From Methanothrix sp. (GTDB lineage: Archaea; Halobacteriota; Methanosarcinia; Methanotrichales; Methanotrichaceae): DNA of 22,176 bases. Position numbers and translations under genes: made by a program. The stretch's first letter is position 1. The number at the start of each line of letters is the position of its first letter. The notes beneath the pieces are model-generated. The model worked only from the letters and a program-made list of their open reading frames with translations, did not search any database and had not been told where the DNA came from. Below, one piece after another: positions 1 through 7,493 of this stretch. The DNA is taken from contig JBAXWY010000048.1 in the NCBI GenBank assembly GCA_037128175.1, forward strand, positions 1 through 22,176, written 5' to 3'.

Positions 1-378
1 ATACTGCCAGTGATGACGATAAGGCATCAGCGTCCGGAGTCACTCTTACTCTGACGGTCACGAGAACCATGCCTTGCACGGGGACGGCTTTCGATTCACT
101 CATTCTGACATTCCAGGCTGCACCCACTGTTGATGTAGGTGCGGACAAGGTTGACTGCAAGACATCGGTTGATGCTATCGATGTTAGCGGAACCGTCGCA
201 AACGCCGCCAGCGTCTTGTGGACTACATCTGGAACAGGCACGTTTGCCGCTCCAACATCAGCCGTAACGACCTATACTGCCAGTGATGCCGATAAGGCAG
301 CAGCGTCCGGAGTCACTCTTACTCTGACTGCCATAGGAACCATGCCTTGCACGGGAACGGCAGAAGACTCGCTAGTCC
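1..378 (+). repeat. 273-nt (91-aa) in-frame tandem repeat encoding an Ig-like module; earlier copies probably continue upstream of the window
   Basis: nt 1-55 match nt 274-328 at 53/55 positions. atgccttgcacggg recurs at 69 and 342 (offset 273). Confidence 0.9.
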
Positions 379-3300
379 TCATGTTCGAAGAATGCGAACA
401 GCTAGGTGTCACAGTTGCAAATGTAGCAATATGCCCAGGCACCGCTGCCTCCTTAACTGCAATAGTAACCGGATGCATTGTAACATCGTACCAGTGGTAC
501 ATCGGTGATTCGCCCTCAGGTGAAATGATCCCCGATACAAACTCACCAACTTATCAGACCACTAACGAGGGATCTTACACTTGTGAGGTCACATGCGATG
601 ATGAGAGAAAATCCTACGGATTTGGAACGGTATCCCTCAAGGAATGCGAGATCGTCGTAGGATCCATCTCCGGCACGAAGTTCGAAGATGAAAATGGCAA
701 CGCATTATGGGATGAAGGCGAGACAGGCCTCGGTGAATGGATAATTAATCTGTTGAGCCAAGATGGTGAGGTATTTAAGACTGCGACAACATCCTCCGAT
801 CAAGCGACATTGGGCTCTTACAGTATTGACAACATACCGCCTGGTACTTACACGCTGGAAGAGGTCCCATCCTTTTCGTCAGACTGGACTCAGACCTATC
901 CTGCGGACAATATTTACACGGTGGTGGTTTCTGAAACCGGTCAGGTTACAGTGACCAGGTCCGACCAGACTGTGGTTGCATCGACCGATGCAAACTTCGG
1001 AAACGAATATACAGGTGGGGGCGGACAAAAGACACCATTAGAGGTCACGAAGGCGACTCCCGCCGAAATCCTAAATCCGAACACGCAGGCCACCTTCACC
1101 ATCACGGTAAAGAATATTGGAAAAATAGAAATCCATGATATTAGTATCGTTGACGAGCTAAGTCCAATGCTGGAATTTATTCCCTATGCGTATTCCGGAA
1201 ATACATTAATCCAGCACACCATTGATGGTAGCAACCTGATCTTTGATCTGGGACCTCTCGGCTCTCTGCAACCAGGGGATTCTTGGACAATCACTTACAA
1301 TGTTAAATTGAGTCCAGAAGCCTGCAGTGCAGCTTCGACCTTAACCACCTTGCCTCCCGTCATAACTGCTGAGGAGACGAAGCTGAAAGTCATGGCGGCA
1401 GGAAGCGAACCTGTCAACATGCTGCAGATGATTGATTCTCTCTCCAGAAATAAGACCAAGCTGGAGGCCAAGCTGGAAAGCATCAAGAAGCAGCGAGATA
1501 TATTCGATAAGGCCAACGCAACTCTGGAATCAGGCACACAGAGCATCGCTGGGATGAACTACACACTGAACAACTACACGAATATCTCGACAGGAGAGAC
1601 TCTGAACGAGGAGCTTAATGCCACAACAGGATTCCTGGTACTGTCTGAGTACACCAGACCGGACAAGTACGACCTTCTAGTCACGACATACGGTACGAAA
1701 GGCGAGGTGCTCTCGGACTTCTATAACTTCCTGCCGACCAAGGAGACTCTAAAGATCGAGTACGATAAGCCGGAAAAAGGCTATAAAACCTATACAGTAA
1801 GGTACTATGCCACAGGAGACACCCTGATTATGACGGTTGACTCCTATGGCAACGTAGTCAGCCGAGAGTACAGAAGAACTCCTGGATTGGCAGAGCCGCA
1901 ATATCTCACGAATTGTGCCACGTCGTATGGAAACATGGGCGAACAAGACGAATCGGTAGAGAGCAATAGGGCCTGCGTTGATTTGGCATGGAGCTGCCAG
2001 TCTGGTCAGCCTGTGCTAGGTCTCAGAGTCTTCAAGGAGGCGGACCGGGAGGTCGCCCGAGAAGGAGACACTATCAAGTACAAGTACACGGTGGAGAACA
2101 CCGGCACCATAGTGCTCGACTTCCTGACCCTCAACGATGACAAGCTGGGCATTATTGTGCTCAATGATCCTGACCCGTTAGATCCGGGCGAGTCACGCAC
2201 CTACTATGCATACTACATAGTGAAAAACGGAGACGGGCCGATATTGAAGAATACCGTTGTGGCCTCAGCATTGGATCCAGATGGACTGGAAGTGGTTTCG
2301 CCTCCTGCCCGAGAAGAGGTGAAGATTCTTACAGGTTGCGGCCTAACTAAGACTGCATCGCCAAAAGTTGTTAAGCCAGGGGACTATGTGACATATAACA
2401 TTACATGGGATGGGAGTACATCAGGAGATCAGATTGTGGATGACTACCCAAGAGGCGTATCTTTCATATCTGCGTCTCCAACACCAATTGACGACGGCAA
2501 TAACAACAGATGGAATATAGACGGCATGGTTCCTGGAACCATTATTATCTTAATGCAGGTTGCGCAGGACATCGGCAACACCTCCTTTGATATGGGCCAG
2601 GGCGTGACTGGGACGGGATTCGTGAATGTGCACAATGACATTCGCACTAATCCTGTCATCCTAACGAATAAGGCAACATTGTTCGAGGGGAAGATATTAA
2701 AATGCACAGCGTTTGCCGATGTCAACATCGGCCCGCCCCAGACTTATGTCGCTCTCAAGGAGCACGGTAGCGGTGACTACGCCAGTGAGGACGTGATCAA
2801 GTACCAAAACTCCAATCGCTCCATTGAGTGGAACAAGAGCCTGACTGCAACGCATAAGCCAACCACATTCTCCCTGCCCAATAATCGGGATATCGATTTC
2901 AAGAGCAAGTGGATCGAGAAGGCCAAGTCCAAGAACTATGCCACGGGAGCTTCCACTAACGAGGAGTACACCTACGCCAACCGCATCAACCGCAACAGCT
3001 CCCTGAAGCTGGACGAGAACGGCAGCACAATGAAGACTGAAACCGACTTCGAGGGCGTGGGCCACATTGGCCTCCTGAAGAAAGATGCTGATGCGAATAG
3101 AACGTGGAACGCCAGCACGGTCTTCGAGGCTTCGGAGGACTATGTGGGCAGCTTCAAGATCAACGAGAAGTTCGATGAATACGGCAAGAATGCGGAGTAT
3201 GAGAAATCCGTGACCGGTACGGGCTATGTGTCTGCAAATAGAGATCTAGGCAAAGCTCAGTCTTCTTACGAGTCGGGCACGGGCAAATACCAGAGTGAAG

Positions 3301-4592
3301 AGAGGATCAGTACGGTCGTCAACTACATCGCCAAGGATATCAACCTCACATACTTGCCGACCAGCTACTCTTACACGCCCACCTTCTCCACATCCAGCGA
3401 CCTAAAGTGGAATGAGGGCATGTGGTCCAAGACCCCCACCAGCATGATCAGCGAGCAATTTTCCTCCGCAACGGACCTGAATTTGCAGTCAACTGCCCGA
3501 GGTCTAAACGAGATGGTGACCGAGGCCAATGTGACCGGCCAGGCCGATTTCCGGACGGTTTACAAGGACAATTCTCATAATAATAGTGCCGGTGAGATCG
3601 ATCAGGATGAGACATATGTCGGGCAATTCGATATCCAGAGAAAGACCACCCTGGGGGGCGTGGCCAAGTACGACCGCCCGCATCTCTCGTTGAGTAAGGC
3701 GGCCCGGGTAGATATGCTTAACACAACCTTTGCCGACTATCGGATCACCATCGAGAACAACGGCAACCAGGCTTTAGGGCCGGTCTATGTGAAGGACGTC
3801 TTCCCGACGGGAACCGAGTACATCACCTCATCCCTTCGGCCTGCCGAGCTGACGACAAGCTACGCCAACTGGTCGCTGCCTTTCATGGGTATAGGCAGCA
3901 AGGTGATCATCGATTTGCGGCTGAACATCACCGAGGAGCCATCCAATCTGGTCAACCGGGTGGAGGCGGCAGGCAAGTATCGCGAGAGCTGGACGCTGGC
4001 CAGGAACTTCTCCGTAGTCCGCCTGAACTGGCTGACCTGCTGCCCGCCTCAGATCTCCGCTACCAAGACCGCCAAGGTCGATGCTTTGGACCCGAATGTG
4101 GTCTGGTACAGCCTGTCCCTCAAGAATCGGGAGAAGTACACCATGGTAGCTTTCTTAATGGACCAGCTACCTCTGCCCATGCAGCTTCTTAACTCATCTC
4201 TTGAGCCTTCTGAGAATAGGTCCAATCTCATCACCTGGACATTCCTCGATCTGGCTCCTGGAGAGAGCAGGGCCATCGTATACAGGGCTCGGGCTCTGAA
4301 GGATGGCGTCTATGTTAACGTGGCCCATATCGAGGCCTTCTCCGTGGACGGACCGGATGGGGCCGTGGCAGATGTTGAGGCGCGCGTCGATCTTGGCAAA
4401 GGAGGAGCATTGCCGTCTTCCATATCTTCCGACTGGCAGCCACCGACGTGCTTCGGCCTCAACTGCAGCGGGCAGATCTACAGCGAGGACTGGGTTCCCT
4501 GCTATACCTGCGGGACTGGGGAACCGGGGAACGCAGTAGTACTGCCGTCCTGTGCCTCGTGCATGAGCACTGGTGACGACAGTCTGCCTTGA
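3..4592 (+). CDS. Giant modular cell-surface protein, 5'-truncated by the window edge (Ig-like repeats, SdrD B-like domain, multiple DUF11/conserved-repeat domains, Cys-rich C-terminus)
   Basis: The frame is open from nt 3 (TASDDDKASASGVTLTLTVTRT) into the 1507-aa ORF, so the ATG at 69 is internal. SdrD-B-like motif GSISGTKFEDENGNALWDEGETGL...GTYTLEE...NFGN at ~660-1005. DUF11-like starts LEVTK/LRVFK/GLTKTA/LSLSKAA/ISATKTA, followed by a Y/F-x-I/V/L strand and usually V-x-D-x-L/F/Y-P. Confidence 0.9.
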   Translation, partial: TASDDDKASASGVTLTLTVTRTMPCTGTAFDSLILTFQAAPTVDVGADKVDCKTSVDAIDVSGTVANAASVLWTTSGTGTFAAPTSAVTTYTASDADKAAASGVTLTLTAIGTMPCTGTAEDSLVLMFEECEQLGVTVANVAICPGTAASLTAIVTGCIVTSYQWYIGDSPSGEMIPDTNSPTYQTTNEGSYTCEVTCDDERKSYGFGTVSLKECEIVVGSISGTKFEDENGNALWDEGETGLGEWIINLLSQDGEVFKTATTSSDQATLGSYSIDNIPPGTYTLEEVPSFSSDWTQTYPADNIYTVVVSETGQVTVTRSDQTVVASTDANFGNEYTGGGGQKTPLEVTKATPAEILNPNTQATFTITVKNIGKIEIHDISIVDELSPMLEFIPYAYSGNTLIQHTIDGSNLIFDLGPLGSLQPGDSWTITYNVKLSPEACSAASTLTTLPPVITAEETKLKVMAAGSEPVNMLQMIDSLSRNKTKLEAKLESIKKQRDIFDKANATLESGTQSIAGMNYTLNNYTNISTGETLNEELNATTGFLVLSEYTRPDKYDLLVTTYGTKGEVLSDFYNFLPTKETLKIEYDKPEKGYKTYTVRYYATGDTLIMTVDSYGNVVSREYRRTPGLAEPQYLTNCATSYGNMGEQDESVESNRACVDLAWSCQSGQPVLGLRVFKEADREVAREGDTIKYKYTVENTGTIVLDFLTLNDDKLGIIVLNDPDPLDPGESRTYYAYYIVKNGDGPILKNTVVASALDPDGLEVVSPPAREEVKILTGCGLTKTASPKVVKPGDYVTYNITWDGSTSGDQIVDDYPRGVSFISASPTPIDDGNNNRWNIDGMVPGTIIILMQVAQDIGNTSFDMGQGVTGTGFVNVHNDIRTNPVILTNKATLFEGKILKCTAFADVNIGPPQTYVALKEHGSGDYASEDVIKYQNSNRSIEWNKSLTATHKPTTFSLPNNRDIDFKSKWIEKAKSKNYATGASTNEEYTYANRINRNSSLKLDENGSTMKTETDFEGVGHIGLLKKDADANRTWNASTVFEASEDYVGSFKINEKFDEYGKNAEYEKSVTGTGYVSANRDLGKAQSSYESGTGKYQSEERISTVVNYIAKDINLTYLPTSYSYTPTFSTSSDLKWNEGMWSKTPTSMISEQFSSATDLNLQSTARGLNEMVTEANVTGQADFRTVYKDNSHNNSAGEIDQDETYVGQFDIQRKTTLGGVAKYDRPHLSLSKAARVDMLNTTFADYRITIENNGNQALGPVYVKDVFPTGTEYITSSLRPAELTTSYANWSLPFMGIGSKVIIDLRLNITEEPSNLVNRVEAAGKYRESWTLARNFSVVRLNWLTCCPPQISATKTAKVDALDPNVVWYSLSLKNREKYTMVAFLMDQLPLPMQLLNSSLEPSENRSNLITWTFLDLAPGESRAIVYRARALKDGVYVNVAHIEAFSVDGPDGAVADVEARVDLGKGGALPSSISSDWQPPTCFGLNCSGQIYSEDWVPCYTCGTGEPGNAVVLPSCASCMSTGDDSLP

Positions 4593-4630
4593 AAGGTGAG
4601 CTAGATACATGCGATACTCTTATAAGTGTA

Positions 4631-4654
4631 AAAGATACTTATAATGTTTTAAAA
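4631..4654 (+). promoter_or_regulatory. Probable archaeal BRE/TATA promoter for the beta-helix gene
   Basis: aaagata-cttataa (4631-4644) and ttttaaaa (4647-4654) in an AT-rich intergenic gap. GGAG at 4665-4668 precedes the ATGs at 4672 and 4678. Confidence 0.45.
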
Positions 4655-4662
4655 ATTATTGC

Positions 4663-6801
4663 ATGGAGTTGATGAGAATGGGGCAAAGGGGAGCATACGA
4701 TGCGCTAATATATATCGACGGGTCGGAAATTGTGGCTGAAGATAGCAGTGGTTTCGAAATAACATCGGGCCGCGTATTTGACGCAGTGATTGCCATTGTG
4801 TATGGCTTGCATAAAAATGTACATATCTCGCGCGGCACATATACAGCAGAAACGGACATCATACTTCCTGCAGGTGGTAGCTTAACAGCTGAACCAGGAA
4901 CTTTAATCATTTTCACTAATGGTAAGAATAACATATGCCTGGCGAACCAATACACAATGATTCAGGGCTTCCGAGTAAACGTCGGTGGCATACTCATTAC
5001 TTCCAGTCACACGCTGTGCAGGGACATAGTTGTCTCTGCTGATGGAGCGGTTGCATATAACCTAGGCGGCGCGTTTAAGGTACATGTCGAGCCGTATACC
5101 CTTCTAGAAGATCATGTTTTTGAGAACTGCACAGCAATAGATTGTGGCAGGCATGGGTTTCTGAACGAGGGCGACCACGTCGGATCCGCAAAAATCATAA
5201 AGAACCAGCGGTACATAAATTGCCAGGCAATCAGGTGCGGCGCAATTGCGACCAACGACGATTGGTATGTCGGATTCGACTTGAACGAATGTCCCACAAA
5301 CATCATGGCAATCCGAGATGTCCAGCTAGTCAATTGCCATGCAGAAGGATGCCTGGAAAGTGGGTTTCATTTAGAGCAGTCCCCATATGTCTACAATGTG
5401 CAATTCGTGAATTGCACGGCTAGAAACAATGGCCTGATCAAGACAGATAACCTTGTCTATGGTAGTGGTTTCTTTGTCAGGAACGGCTGCAAACTTGTTA
5501 ACTGTGAAGCCACTGGAAACTATCAAGGAATCTTCGTTGCAAGAGGGACTGCAAACAACAATGAGCCTGTCATCGTCCGAGGATGTCTGACAAAGGGGAA
5601 TAACGCCAACACCTCGTACAATGTAGGAACACCTGGGAAAGATCAAGGCTGGGGTCTAACTATTCAGGAATGGTGTAACAACGCTGAGATTCATGTCAGC
5701 ATGTTCCAGGATGCGGGCATATTACTTGGCGGAAACATATACAATTTACATCTAAAAGCCAACATAACCGAAGCGCAGAAAGGATATAGTTTCATCCATA
5801 CCGGAACCAACAAGGTAGTCTACGACTCAGATATCGAGATTGTAGATATCAATCCATCAGGTTCCCTAGGAAGCTACACAGGTAGTGCAGGCTATCTCAA
5901 AGGGTTCCAAGATTCTAGGCTATTCATCACTTGTCGGCATGATACAGGAGGGCTTGCCGATCTAGTTGAACTTCTAAACCTAACTAGATGCAATGTTATC
6001 TTGGATATGCACTCCGCTGCAGCAACCGGCATCTTGGCGAAGATCGGCGGGGTCTTTAAGGATGTCACCATCTCGGGAGAATTTTCCGGCGGTCTGACTT
6101 GCTTACAAACTTTTGCTGCACCAACGGGATTAAGCGGAAATTGTACAGTCAAAGACGCGACATTTCGAAATTCCAAGAATGGCGTCCTTGTAACTAATGA
6201 TGTAGCAAACATCGCCAACTCTCTGATAATCAACAAAAAGACATCCGTCATAGAGGGCACGGTCACAAATCCAATCTCAGATGTTGGTGTCAAGGCCTAC
6301 ATCATGGGCACACCATACCAAGCAGTATTTAGAAACTGCAAAGCCGCGTCACCAAATGCGATTCACGCCGCGATACAAGATCTTTCAGGAACACACACCG
6401 ATGTCAATAGCCCGGACCATCCAAGATGCATCACCCTTACTCAGGCAGGAAGCGGAGTGCCCACGGCGGGAACGGTGACGATCCGGGGTGTTTTGGCAAA
6501 TGGTGATGCGGGATCTGAAGTCATAGGCATACCCGCTCGTAACGCTCTTATCGCAGGATTAAAGGCTTTTGCTAAAGTCACCTCCATTGTGGGGTTCAAA
6601 GTTAACGCAGGACAAACGTTGAGCGTCGGTATGAATGACGTATTTGGTTTGCCGTCATCAATATTTGGGGGGGGATCGGTCTATAAATTCCAGAAAGCAC
6701 AGACCGACCAGACACTTCCTGCAGTAGATGTCGCAAATGCAACCGTCAATCTGGCTACTATCACGAATGGAGATGACTGCACCATATGGTATAAGGCATG
6801 A
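4663..6801 (+). CDS. Right-handed parallel beta-helix (pectin lyase-like) protein, tailspike-like architecture, no signal peptide; true start may be 4672 or 4678
   Basis: 712-aa ORF. VHISRGTY beta-helix cap motif; repeated coil motifs FENCTAIDCG, YINCQAIRCG, LVNCHAEGC, FVNCTARNNG, LVNCEATGN; distinct C-terminal beta-rich domain. Confidence 0.8.
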   Translation: MELMRMGQRGAYDALIYIDGSEIVAEDSSGFEITSGRVFDAVIAIVYGLHKNVHISRGTYTAETDIILPAGGSLTAEPGTLIIFTNGKNNICLANQYTMIQGFRVNVGGILITSSHTLCRDIVVSADGAVAYNLGGAFKVHVEPYTLLEDHVFENCTAIDCGRHGFLNEGDHVGSAKIIKNQRYINCQAIRCGAIATNDDWYVGFDLNECPTNIMAIRDVQLVNCHAEGCLESGFHLEQSPYVYNVQFVNCTARNNGLIKTDNLVYGSGFFVRNGCKLVNCEATGNYQGIFVARGTANNNEPVIVRGCLTKGNNANTSYNVGTPGKDQGWGLTIQEWCNNAEIHVSMFQDAGILLGGNIYNLHLKANITEAQKGYSFIHTGTNKVVYDSDIEIVDINPSGSLGSYTGSAGYLKGFQDSRLFITCRHDTGGLADLVELLNLTRCNVILDMHSAAATGILAKIGGVFKDVTISGEFSGGLTCLQTFAAPTGLSGNCTVKDATFRNSKNGVLVTNDVANIANSLIINKKTSVIEGTVTNPISDVGVKAYIMGTPYQAVFRNCKAASPNAIHAAIQDLSGTHTDVNSPDHPRCITLTQAGSGVPTAGTVTIRGVLANGDAGSEVIGIPARNALIAGLKAFAKVTSIVGFKVNAGQTLSVGMNDVFGLPSSIFGGGSVYKFQKAQTDQTLPAVDVANATVNLATITNGDDCTIWYKA

Positions 6802-6819
6802 TATTAGAGAGCCGATTAT

Positions 6820-6854
6820 GGATCAAGAAACCTCATCTTGATCCTCCTTCTTTC
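6820..6854 (+). terminator. Stem-loop followed by a pyrimidine run downstream of the beta-helix gene
   Basis: Perfect 9-bp stem ggatcaaga (6820-6828) / tcttgatcc (6836-6844), 7-nt loop, then tccttctttc. Confidence 0.5.
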
Positions 6855-6929
6855 ATCCAGCTACCCCTTGCGCAATCTAATTAAGCCAGCATTAATAAAT
6901 GGAACGTCGAGCCGTAGCAGGGCTTCAAA

Positions 6930-7475
6930 GTGAGCAAAATGAATCCCCTTGATCAGTTAAGTATATTGATATTTAAGATATTAATCAAATACAGCGACCC
7001 TCATCTGAGGACACTGGTGGCGCGTCGATGTGGCGCCAAGATCGGGAAAGGGTGCAAGATCTTCTCAGTCAACTTTGGCACTGAGCCCTATCTCGTGTCC
7101 ATAGGGGATCGATCCGAGGTGGCATCCAATGTGGCTTTCCTGACTCACGACGGCGGCATATGGGTCCTGGAAAATCAAAAAAGATTTGAGGGCACGAAAT
7201 TCGGACCCATAATAATCCATGACAACTGCTACATAGGGTACAACTCGATAATATTACCTAATGTAGAGATTGGGCCTAACAGCATAGTAGGTGCCGGCTC
7301 AGTTGTGACAAAGAGCGTGCCGCCAAACACTGTTTATGCCGGAAATCCGGCAAAGCTGATCTCCACTCTCGATCAATATCTGGATAAGTGTAATACAAAA
7401 AATACAGGTCATATAGAATACGAGGACAAAAAAATGGTCTTGGGAGAGATGTTTAAGGATCGGTTTAGGCTCTGA
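6930..7475 (+). CDS. Hexapeptide-repeat (left-handed beta-helix) O-acyl/acetyltransferase, polysaccharide-modifying type; start may be ATG 6939
   Basis: Motifs GAKIGKGCKI, FGTEPYLVSIGD, FLTHDGG, IHDNCYIGYNSIILPNVEIGPNSIVGAGSVVTKSVPPNTVYAGNPAK. Confidence 0.9.
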   Translation: MSKMNPLDQLSILIFKILIKYSDPHLRTLVARRCGAKIGKGCKIFSVNFGTEPYLVSIGDRSEVASNVAFLTHDGGIWVLENQKRFEGTKFGPIIIHDNCYIGYNSIILPNVEIGPNSIVGAGSVVTKSVPPNTVYAGNPAKLISTLDQYLDKCNTKNTGHIEYEDKKMVLGEMFKDRFRL

Positions 7476-7493
7476 GGCCCCTTCAAAATGAAC

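Noticed and set aside
69-71. ATG at 69 as the start of the giant protein
   Set aside because: The frame is open to the window edge, this Met is part of the repeat unit (recurs at 342), and no signal peptide follows.
1311-1900. Insertion in the DUF11 domain as an intein
   Set aside because: No N-terminal C/S splice block, no C-terminal HN-C/S/T, and no LAGLIDADG motifs.
4590-4663. Stop-codon read-through (Sec/Pyl) fusing neighbouring ORFs
   Set aside because: The giant ORF and the beta-helix ORF are in different frames with a promoter-like gap between them; lrp (TAG stop) and corA are also in different frames.
4663-7475. Intact provirus or mobile element
   Set aside because: No integrase, transposase, terminase or capsid genes, no tRNA target, and no flanking direct repeats noticed.
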